Source: Gemmatimonadota bacterium (GTDB taxonomy: Bacteria; Gemmatimonadota; Gemmatimonadetes; Palauibacterales; KS3-K002). From it: a stretch of 41,762 nucleotides of DNA. The notes beneath the pieces were generated by a model. It was not told the DNA's origin and did no database searches. It was given only the letters and a program-made list of their open reading frames with translations. Location of the stretch: contig JBDHJS010000053.1 of NCBI GenBank assembly GCA_039586795.1, positions 1 to 41,762 on the forward strand, read 5' to 3'. A program made the translations under genes and the position numbers. Below are positions 1 through 7,900 of this stretch, in pieces (position 1 is the stretch's first letter; every line of letters begins with the position of its first letter).

Positions 1-348
1 TATTCCGCACGGAACAGGCCCGATGATGTCAAAGAACGGGTTGTTGTAAGCAGAATAGTGAACAGCCTTTCCACTGTTGTTCGGTACGTCTGCATGACAG
101 ATGTGATGTGCGTTTCCATTGCGACTTTGAGTTATTACACTCTTGGCAGGTATTCCGCCCACACCATTGCCGTCGCCATCGAATAACCCGCAGGTGGCGT
201 CAGTTATATAGGCGTGAGGCGGGTGTTCTTCTGACGCATCTAGCGTCGGGACGTATGCAGCCTTATTGACCGCTTCGGTAGGGCCCTGTTCCTGACAGGC
301 GACTGTAAACAGAACCGTGAGCATCGCGGCCAAGATCACGTTCTTCAT
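1..348 (-). CDS. Hypothetical lipoprotein (partial; 3' end runs off the window)
   Basis: Not in the ORF track; read by hand. ATG at 348 follows SD-like AGGAAGGGA and the frame is open to base 1: MKNVILAAMLTVLFTVACQEQGPTEAVNK...TCGLFDGDGNG...HICHAD...VPCGI. Basic n-region, hydrophobic h-region and lipobox-like VAC. Confidence 0.75.
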   Translation of the reverse strand, partial: MKNVILAAMLTVLFTVACQEQGPTEAVNKAAYVPTLDASEEHPPHAYITDATCGLFDGDGNGVGGIPAKSVITQSRNGNAHHICHADVPNNSGKAVHYSAYNNPFFDIIGPVPCGI

Positions 349-684
349 AATTCCCTTCCTGTAGTATGATCGCTTCATGTAAAGGCTTCTCACTTCCAGA
401 AGTGAGGAGGTGCGCGCACCCAATTGTCGGCGCGCCCGGTATTCCGCCCCACGCCGGTGAAAGGGCCAGCGCTCGCCTGGTGACCGACGGTTGTCCCCGC
501 GTGGGCAGATGGGCTGAGGATCGACATCGATCGCCGGCGGGAACTTGGAATCACCACAGAACGGCCTCCGAGACGAGCGGTCTGGCCCTGAGTGTTGCGA
601 TGGAGCTATTCTGTAGAACGAGGATCGACAGGACGTCTTTTCAGTATCTTCTGCCCCAACCTTCCCGGCGTCCGAAGTTTCCGT

Positions 685-3225
685 ATGCACACTCTTCGCC
701 TGTTCGGTGGTGTTTCCGTCGACGGGCCGACGGGACCGTTGACCGGTCGTGTGGCCCAGCGCCGGCGGCTGGCGTCGCTGGCCATGCTGGCGGCGGCGCG
801 AGGCAAGGGGGTGACACGGGAGAAGCTGGCGGCCTACCTGTGGCCGGACAGCGATGACGAGCGGGCCCGCCACCAGGTCGCCGACACGCTGTACGTGATC
901 CGCTCCGAGCTGGGGCCGGATGCCGTGCAGACGTCGGCCGACACCGTGCGCCTGAATTCCGAAGCCGTACGGTCTGATCTGGAGCTCTTCGAATCGGCAC
1001 TCGAGCGCGGAGACGAGGAGGCCGCGGTGCTGGCGTACTGCGGTCCGTTCCTGGACGGCCTGTATCTGAGCGGCGCCCAGGAATTCGAGATGTGGGCCGA
1101 CACCGAGCGACAGCGGCTGGCCGGAGCCTACGGTCGGGCGGTGGAGACGCTGGCCGAAGCGGCTGAGAGTACCCGCGATTACCGCGCCGCTGCCGACTGG
1201 TGGCAGCGGTTGGTCATGCACGATCCCTACAACTCGCGATTCGTAGTGAGGCTGATGCGGGCATTGGCCGGCGCCGGAGACCCAGCCAACGGGCTGAAGC
1301 AGGCTCAGGAGCACCAAGCGCTGCTCAAGCGGGAGCTGGAGATCGACCCGCCGCCTGAGCTGCTCGAAGCGGTTGAGGGGCTCGCCGCGGGCACCTGGCC
1401 CGATCTTACGCGTGAAGCTTCGCGGCCGCAGGCGGAGCCTTCCGTAGCGGCTGCTGCGACGCCGGTGATGACCCGGCCTCGGTTCAGCACGGGCCTTTGG
1501 CTGGGTCTGGCCGTGGCCGCGGGGGTCGTGGCGGCCATCGCAATCGGTGTGTGGCGGTACGCGGGATCGGGCGGTACCGGACTTTGGCCCGCTCCCGACC
1601 CGAGATCAGTAGCCGTCCTGCCGCTGGAGAACCTCAGCGCCGACCCAGACGACGAGTTCTTGAGTTACGCTATCGCCGGCGAAGTCATCGGTCAGCTCTC
1701 CAAGGTCGCCGACCTCAAGGTCATCTCCCGCACCTCCAGTAGGGTCTATGCAAACACCGATAAGACGGTGCAGCAGATTGGTCAGGAGCTGAACGTCGCC
1801 ACTGTGCTCGAGGGTCAGGTACAGGTCGTCGACAGCCGCGTTCGGATCAGTGCCCAGCTGGTCGATGCGTCGACCGACGAGCTTCTCTGGTCGGAACAGT
1901 ATAATCGGGATCGGGCGGACATACTCGACCTGCAGAGCGAGGTGGCGCGGCATGTGGCGTCGGCCCTGCGGGCCACGTTGACGCCTGAAGAGCTCGGACG
2001 GATAGAGGCGACGCTGACCGACGACCCACAAGCCTATGAGTACTACCTGCGCGCGTTGGCCAAGGTGGACCATCCCAACGTCCAGATCGAACAGCTGAAG
2101 AGGGCTGTGGAGTTGGATCCGAACTTCGCCGTCGCCTGGGCGGACCTGGCCTCGATCCAGGTCAACGCGCTGAGCAACGGCATCTGCTGCCACACGATGT
2201 CTCAGGTGGAGGAATCGCTGGCCAGAGCGAAGGAGCTGGGACCGAATCTGGCCGCAACGCACCGGGCCGAGGGCTGGTACTACTACGCCGGCAAACGCGA
2301 CTACGAGCGAGCATACGAGCACCTTCAGGTCGCGCGGCGACTCCAGCCGACGAGTTCCGACATCGAGGCGATCGGTCTGACGCTGGAACGCTGGGGCCGC
2401 TGGGAGGAAGCGATAGCCGTGATGGAGGAAGCGTCGCAGCTCGACCCCCACGATACAGGGTACACGGCAAACTACGGCCGTACCTATATGCGCATGCGAC
2501 GCTACGCAGACGCGGAACGCATCTTCGACCGAGTACTCTGGGTCGAGCGCGATCACGCGTATGCGCACATCTGGAAATCTCTGCTGTTCATCAAGTCGGA
2601 TGGTGCGGTAGACAAGGCTCGTCAGAACCTACAAGCGGCCTCCGACACCGTTCCCATACTCTACCTCATAGCCGGCACAGCCGGAACCGGCTGCTATGCC
2701 CCGCAGGTCAGAATTCTCACCGACTTCTGGCAGAATGCCCTAGCCGATTCGGCGCTCGATCACGAGCTACGTGAGAAATGGCCTGTTCGCTACTGGAAAA
2801 TAAGAGCCTTCACAGCACGCGCTGACCGACCGGAGCTTGCACGGGCTTATTTCGACAGCGCTTTGGCGGTCTACGCCGAGCAGCTGGACGACAGCGTCGA
2901 GGCGGGAAGCTACTACAACCAGATCCTGCGCTACACGGGTTTCTATTCCGCCTGGGCAGGCCACCGGGAGCAGGCGATCGAGATGGCCGAGCGAGCCGCA
3001 CAGCGGCTGCCGGTCTCGGCCGACGCCGTGACGGGCGCGGAGATCGTCCAGAGCCTCGTCGAGGTTTATATCCTGACCGGTGAATACGACAAGGCCTTCA
3101 AACAGCTGGACTATGTGCTGTCGATCCCGTCTGAGGTGTCCGTCGCGATTATGCGCCTCGATCCGGTGTACGATCCTATCCGGGCTGATCCGCGCTTCCA
3201 GGCGCTGTTGAGGAAGTACGAGTAG
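685..3225 (+). CDS. SARP/BTAD-domain transmembrane transcriptional regulator with TolB-like N domain and TPR repeats
   Basis: N-terminal SARP-type wHTH plus BTAD (LRLFGG, REKLAAYLWP, GPFLDG, WADTER, DPY). One TM helix (LWLGLAVAAGVVAAIAIGVW), then TolB-like SVAVLPLENLS...LKVISRTS, TPRs and a C-terminal DPVYDPIRADPRFQ motif. Start placed at ATG 685. Confidence 0.85.
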   Translation: MHTLRLFGGVSVDGPTGPLTGRVAQRRRLASLAMLAAARGKGVTREKLAAYLWPDSDDERARHQVADTLYVIRSELGPDAVQTSADTVRLNSEAVRSDLELFESALERGDEEAAVLAYCGPFLDGLYLSGAQEFEMWADTERQRLAGAYGRAVETLAEAAESTRDYRAAADWWQRLVMHDPYNSRFVVRLMRALAGAGDPANGLKQAQEHQALLKRELEIDPPPELLEAVEGLAAGTWPDLTREASRPQAEPSVAAAATPVMTRPRFSTGLWLGLAVAAGVVAAIAIGVWRYAGSGGTGLWPAPDPRSVAVLPLENLSADPDDEFLSYAIAGEVIGQLSKVADLKVISRTSSRVYANTDKTVQQIGQELNVATVLEGQVQVVDSRVRISAQLVDASTDELLWSEQYNRDRADILDLQSEVARHVASALRATLTPEELGRIEATLTDDPQAYEYYLRALAKVDHPNVQIEQLKRAVELDPNFAVAWADLASIQVNALSNGICCHTMSQVEESLARAKELGPNLAATHRAEGWYYYAGKRDYERAYEHLQVARRLQPTSSDIEAIGLTLERWGRWEEAIAVMEEASQLDPHDTGYTANYGRTYMRMRRYADAERIFDRVLWVERDHAYAHIWKSLLFIKSDGAVDKARQNLQAASDTVPILYLIAGTAGTGCYAPQVRILTDFWQNALADSALDHELREKWPVRYWKIRAFTARADRPELARAYFDSALAVYAEQLDDSVEAGSYYNQILRYTGFYSAWAGHREQAIEMAERAAQRLPVSADAVTGAEIVQSLVEVYILTGEYDKAFKQLDYVLSIPSEVSVAIMRLDPVYDPIRADPRFQALLRKYE

Positions 3226-3316
3226 CGGCTTCGCCGTCTTCCGCCTTATCCTTCAAGGCCGCTGGATGCCGGGCCACCAAGAAAGCATAACATTTAGAGC
3301 AAACCCGAGGACGACC

Positions 3317-5449
3317 ATGAGAACGCTCGCTATCGCCGCCGCCCGTTTGCGTCTCCTTCATGCCGTGGCTTTCAGTCTCTGGCTGGCAATCCTCTGGCCG
3401 ATCGACCTGACGGCTCAAGAGAGGCGGCCGCTCAGGTTGGAGGATTATTTCCGTATCGAGGCGGTCGGAAGCCCTGCTATCTCACCGGATGGAATGCGAG
3501 TCGCGTTTGTTCGCACCGTTACTCTGAGGGACGAGGACCGGCTGCACAGAGAGATCTGGATCGCTCCCGCGGATGGCTCGTCGCCACCGGTTCGTCTGAC
3601 CAGCCCTGCGTTCAGCGCATCGAGTCCCAGGTGGTCTCCCGATGGTCGACTGTTGAGCTTCACATCGACGCGGACAGTCGTCGAGGGCACCGGCGAGACA
3701 AGAGAGTCGCGGTGGTTTCTCAGGATGGACCGGCCGGCGGGCGAAGCCTTCCGCATCGAGGGCGTCGATGGCACGCCCGTCTTCAGTCCCGACGATCGCT
3801 GGATCGCGTTCACGTCGCCAACGCCGCCGGAGGTCGAGACGCAGGAAGACACGCGGACGGAGTTCGAGCGGGAGATCGAGGAGCGGTTCGACGGTCGCAT
3901 CTACGATTGGATGAACTACCGCTTCGATCGACGCGGGTACCTGCCGGACCCGCGTGACCCCAGCGCGACGCCGCCGAGAGAGCTGTACATCGTTCCCCGC
4001 GATGGAGGTGAACCGCGCCAGGTCACGGAGATGGATGTGAACGTCGGTGGCGCGGTCTGGCGGCCCGACGGCAGCGCCCTGACTTTTACCGCCGACGAGC
4101 ATCAGCGAGACGAGCACAGCTACGAGCGGGCAGATGTATGGACGGTGGACCTATCCGGCGTGACAACGCGGTTGACCGACGATATCTATCACTATTCCAG
4201 CCCGGCCTGGTCGCCGGATGGGGAGCATGTCGTCGTCCGCGGCTATGAGGGCCTCGACCAGATCATCGCGCGGAAGCAAGACCACGGCTCCCCCATCGAT
4301 CTATTCGTGATACCGGTGGCGGGCGGCACGCCGCGCAACATCACGGCGGAGTGGGACCTGATGCCCGGCTCGCCAATCTGGAGCCGAGACGGAGAGCATA
4401 TCTACTTCACGGCTGGCATCGGTGGCGACTACCACGTCTTTCGCGTTGCTGCTGATGGCGGCGCGGTCGAACAAGTAACCGAAGGAACACGGCGGTTACG
4501 CGGAGTCACGTATTCGGGGAACTTCGAGTGGATGGCGTTTCATGGCAGCGGCACGACGCAGCCCGGCGGAAACATCTTCGCCGCCCGCGTCGATGGTTCC
4601 GACCAGCGACAACTGACGACCAACAATGCCGCGCTGCTCGGTGAGCTCAACCTGAGAGAGCCAGAACGATTTCAATACGCCAGTCGAGACGGCACTCCGA
4701 TCGAGGGCTGGCTGCTATATCCTCATGACTACGATGCGGAGCGGACCTACCCGCTGATCCTCGTGATTCACGGTGGACCACACAGCGCCTACGGCAGCGA
4801 CTTCTCTTTTCAGCGAGAGCTGCTCGCCGCCCAGGGCTATTTCGTCCTTTACACGAACCCGCGGGGCTCCACCGGGTACGGCGAGGAGTTCAAGTGGGCG
4901 ACCTGGGGTGGGTGGGGCGTGCTGGATTACGAGGACCTGATGGCGGGCGTCGACTACGTGGCCGAGCGATATCCCATCGATCGCGATCGCCTGGGAGTAA
5001 CGGGTGGATCTTACGGCGGCTTCATGACGAACTGGGTCATCGGACACACGACTCGCTTCGCCGCCGCCGTATCCCGGGCCTCGATCTCCAACTGGGTGAG
5101 CGACTACGCCGTCGCCGATATCCCCAGGACCAAGGAAAGCGAGTTTTTTGGACCCCCGTGGGAGCAAGAGAGCCGGGACCTGATGATCAGACTTTCGCCT
5201 ATAACGTACGCGGGCGCCGTGACGACCCCGACGCTCTTTCTGCACGGCGAGCTGGACTACCGTGTGCCGATTGAGGAGGCGGAGCAAATGTACGTGGCGC
5301 TGAAGAAGCGCCAGGTACCGGCGAAGTTCATTCGCTATCCCGATTCCTATCACGGTGGCTGGACGCCATGGCGGCAGGTGCACTCGCTTCACCACCAGCT
5401 CGAGTGGTGGGCGACATACCTGGGAGGAGATCCGCAGGCCACCCGGTAA
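3317..5449 (+). CDS. S9 family peptidase (acylaminoacyl/dipeptidyl-peptidase-like), secreted
   Basis: Signal peptide, SPDG/WSPDG propeller repeats, IHGGP, NPRGSTGYG, nucleophile GGSYGG, Asp in HGELDYRVP, His in DSYHG. Confidence 0.92.
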   Translation: MRTLAIAAARLRLLHAVAFSLWLAILWPIDLTAQERRPLRLEDYFRIEAVGSPAISPDGMRVAFVRTVTLRDEDRLHREIWIAPADGSSPPVRLTSPAFSASSPRWSPDGRLLSFTSTRTVVEGTGETRESRWFLRMDRPAGEAFRIEGVDGTPVFSPDDRWIAFTSPTPPEVETQEDTRTEFEREIEERFDGRIYDWMNYRFDRRGYLPDPRDPSATPPRELYIVPRDGGEPRQVTEMDVNVGGAVWRPDGSALTFTADEHQRDEHSYERADVWTVDLSGVTTRLTDDIYHYSSPAWSPDGEHVVVRGYEGLDQIIARKQDHGSPIDLFVIPVAGGTPRNITAEWDLMPGSPIWSRDGEHIYFTAGIGGDYHVFRVAADGGAVEQVTEGTRRLRGVTYSGNFEWMAFHGSGTTQPGGNIFAARVDGSDQRQLTTNNAALLGELNLREPERFQYASRDGTPIEGWLLYPHDYDAERTYPLILVIHGGPHSAYGSDFSFQRELLAAQGYFVLYTNPRGSTGYGEEFKWATWGGWGVLDYEDLMAGVDYVAERYPIDRDRLGVTGGSYGGFMTNWVIGHTTRFAAAVSRASISNWVSDYAVADIPRTKESEFFGPPWEQESRDLMIRLSPITYAGAVTTPTLFLHGELDYRVPIEEAEQMYVALKKRQVPAKFIRYPDSYHGGWTPWRQVHSLHHQLEWWATYLGGDPQATR

Positions 5450-5522
5450 TACAACCCAACCGGCATTCGGGCTGTCAAAGGTTGCGTGGAGCTTCAACAC
5501 AGTCAAAACGGAGAGTAGACGA

Positions 5523-7067
5523 ATGGCCTCACATCTGCAGCTGGCCGGAGCGACGCTCCTTTGCTCATCAGCGCTTTTTATCGCTTCGGCTGATGCCCTG
5601 CCGCAGGAACGCGAGACCGTCCTCGACGGGGTGGTTCACGTTGAAGACAGCGCGATTCTGGAGATCCCGGAGACGCCGCGCTTGGAGGCTGGTCTCGACC
5701 TGATCGTGCACCGCATCGACGTCGGCGATGCCGAGCTCTACGTCGAGGAGGAGGGGGCCGGCGTACCGATCATCGTGATCAACGGCGGCCCCGGCGGAAC
5801 GCATCACTACTTCCACCCGTGGTTCAGCCGGGCCAGCGGGTACGCCCGGGTGATCTACTACGATCAGCGTGGCACAGGCCTTTCAGACTTCGAGCCGGGG
5901 CCCGACGGGTACAGCGTTGAGCAAGCGGTGGCGGATCTGGATGCGATACGCGTTGCCCTTGGAGTCGATAAGTGGGTCCTCGTCGGCTACTCCTACGGCG
6001 GATTTCTCGCCCAGTACTACACGACGATTCATCCTGAGAACGTGGCGGGTCTTGTGCTGGTGGGAGCGAAGCCGGGCATGTGGACCGACACCGGCAGTTC
6101 CCGGCAGTACGACTATCTAAGCCAAGCGGAACGGGACCGGATGCGTGCGTCGCTGGACGAGCTCCGCAGCCTCCGCGAAGAAGACGGCTGGTCCCGGGAT
6201 GAGTTTCTCCAGCTGTTGCTCTATAACAACTTCATCAACGGTGATTGGAAGCGTCAGCACTTCTATAAGCCCAGCCCGGAGAAATTTGCGCACATCGCTC
6301 TATACGAGTGGGTCAACGATAGCAACTTCAATTCGATCATGAACCAGAGCGGCAACAAAGTCGACCTCACGGGCGCGTTCGAGAACAACCCGATCCCGAC
6401 GTTGCTGCTGGAGGGGAAGTGGGACCTCACCTGGGGTGACGTGAAGCCGACACTGCTGTCACGAAACCACCCCCGAGCCCGAATGACCATCATCGAAGAC
6501 GCAGGGCATTCTATTTACGACGAGAACCCGGACGTATTCTTCGCCGAGTTGGAAGGCTTCGTCAGGAACCTCACGCCGGTTGCCGATTCCGATATCGATC
6601 CCTATCGGCGGCACCTGGACGGCTGGCGCGCAACCTGGATGAACTCTCCGCGCTATTATCTGAGAGCCGCCGGCTGGGGCAAGAGCGGTAGCCTGGAGAT
6701 CGCCGAGGCCTTTTCGACGGACTGGCTGGACGAGATCAGGGGGACCACCGAGCTGCTCCGCATCGGTTTCGCACTCTACGACACGGAGCGATACGATGAA
6801 GCGCTGGAGGTATTTACGGAGCTCGAGGAGTCCGCGACGGGCAGCGGCGAGAAAGAGGGCCAGGCGCTCGGGTTGATCTGGCAAGGACACATGCTCGATC
6901 TGATGGAGCGCCGCGAGGAGGCAATCGCTCGCTATCAACGGGTCGTGGACATGGGCGTGGGTGGCAGCAGTCAACACAGCCAGTACGGCCTGGCGTACAC
7001 CTACACTACTTACGCGGCCGAACGCCTTGAGGCGCCTTTCGAGCGGATCGAGAACAGTACGCCCTAA
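5523..7067 (+). CDS. Alpha/beta hydrolase (proline iminopeptidase-like) with C-terminal TPR-like region
   Basis: Signal-like N-terminus from ATG 5523 (GGAG upstream). NGGPGG, YDQRGTGLS, nucleophile GYSYGG, GKWD, AGH; helical TPR-like tail. Confidence 0.85.
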   Translation: MASHLQLAGATLLCSSALFIASADALPQERETVLDGVVHVEDSAILEIPETPRLEAGLDLIVHRIDVGDAELYVEEEGAGVPIIVINGGPGGTHHYFHPWFSRASGYARVIYYDQRGTGLSDFEPGPDGYSVEQAVADLDAIRVALGVDKWVLVGYSYGGFLAQYYTTIHPENVAGLVLVGAKPGMWTDTGSSRQYDYLSQAERDRMRASLDELRSLREEDGWSRDEFLQLLLYNNFINGDWKRQHFYKPSPEKFAHIALYEWVNDSNFNSIMNQSGNKVDLTGAFENNPIPTLLLEGKWDLTWGDVKPTLLSRNHPRARMTIIEDAGHSIYDENPDVFFAELEGFVRNLTPVADSDIDPYRRHLDGWRATWMNSPRYYLRAAGWGKSGSLEIAEAFSTDWLDEIRGTTELLRIGFALYDTERYDEALEVFTELEESATGSGEKEGQALGLIWQGHMLDLMERREEAIARYQRVVDMGVGGSSQHSQYGLAYTYTTYAAERLEAPFERIENSTP

Positions 7068-7099
7068 CGAAGATGGCGTGCCTGTGGTGAGAGAAGTAT

Positions 7100-7693
7100 C
7101 TAGGAACAGACCCGCAGGCCACCCAGTAGGAAATTGCTCACCGCGTCGGAGCGCGACGCCAATCGAACGTTCTTCCGCGAGAGCACCCAGTCGGTGACCA
7201 TCTCGTCCAGGGTGCCGAACACCATCTTCGCCGCGAGCAGCGCATCAAGCTCGGCCTTGAACGTCCCCTCACCCTTGCCTTGCTCCACAACCTGGGCGAT
7301 GACGCCGAGGTAGTCGCGGATGCGGCTGCGTGAGAGCCGCTCGAGGATGTGCAGCGTGTGACGGAACTCCACCTGAAAGATCACCGCCAGGTCACGATCC
7401 TCCCCCAGAAGTGAGAGATGGAGGGCCACAATGCGCCGCAGCTTGCTTTCGGCCCCGGCGTCATCGGCCACGATGCGCCGCGCCTCGTCGCTGAACCGCT
7501 GCGTGGCACGCTCGAAGACGGACACGAGCAGGTCTTCCTTGCTCTTGAAGTAGAGGTAGATCGTCCCGTCGGCCACGCCGGCGCGGCGGGCGATGGTGGC
7601 TACCGTGGTGCCGTAGTATCCGCGGCGTGCGATCTCGAGTACGGCCGCGTCCAGGATCTGCTCCCGCTTTTCCTCTTTCCGCTGCGCGCCCAG
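7100..7693 (-). CDS. fadR: TetR/AcrR family regulator, FadR(YsiA)-like; apparent CTG start
   Basis: The ORF-track protein starts mid-HTH (GVADGTIYLYFKSKEDLL). The frame extends upstream as (L)GAQRKEEKREQILDAAVLEIARRGYYGTTVATIARRAG to CTG at 7693, behind GAGGAGG, with an in-frame TGA just upstream. Divergent from fadNAE; the symbol is by context. Confidence 0.85.
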   Translation of the reverse strand: MGAQRKEEKREQILDAAVLEIARRGYYGTTVATIARRAGVADGTIYLYFKSKEDLLVSVFERATQRFSDEARRIVADDAGAESKLRRIVALHLSLLGEDRDLAVIFQVEFRHTLHILERLSRSRIRDYLGVIAQVVEQGKGEGTFKAELDALLAAKMVFGTLDEMVTDWVLSRKNVRLASRSDAVSNFLLGGLRVCS

Positions 7694-7718
7694 AGAACCT
7701 CCTCAGCCGGACCCAGAA

Positions 7719-7732
7719 TGAATAGATATTCA
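7719..7732. promoter_or_regulatory. Putative TetR operator 1 (TGAATA-GA-TATTCA)
   Basis: Perfect 6-bp inverted repeat 25 bp upstream of the tetR start, with a near-identical second copy at 7866. Confidence 0.75.
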
Positions 7733-7833
7733 GTACCAGCCACTGAACTGGCCCGTTGAGGGCTTAGCCCGTCAAACCATAATACGTCTCTATAGAGCTT
7801 AATGCAAAGGGAACATCTGACGGGTCCCGGTTG

Positions 7834-7863
7834 TTGACAAGAAGGGTGACGAGCCGGTAGACT
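7834..7863 (+). promoter_or_regulatory. Sigma-70-type promoter for fadNAE
   Basis: TTGACA (7834-7839), 18-nt spacer, TAGACT (7858-7863); immediately followed by operator 2. Confidence 0.65.
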
Positions 7864-7865
7864 GG

Positions 7866-7879
7866 TGAATAGGTATTCA
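7866..7879. promoter_or_regulatory. Putative TetR operator 2 (TGAATA-GG-TATTCA)
   Basis: Same palindrome as 7719-7732; overlaps the predicted fadN transcription start. Confidence 0.78.
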
Positions 7880-7900
7880 GTTTTCGCCGGGGAGGAGCCT

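Noticed and set aside
438..493. GGTGA/GGTTG short direct repeats as SARP binding sites
   Set aside because: Spacings (18, 23, 10) do not fit a consistent 11/22-bp phase, and the repeats are too short in GC-rich DNA.
2179..2196. GICCH in the SARP-TPR protein as a heme c motif
   Set aside because: It is CCH, not CxxCH, and lies within a TPR region.
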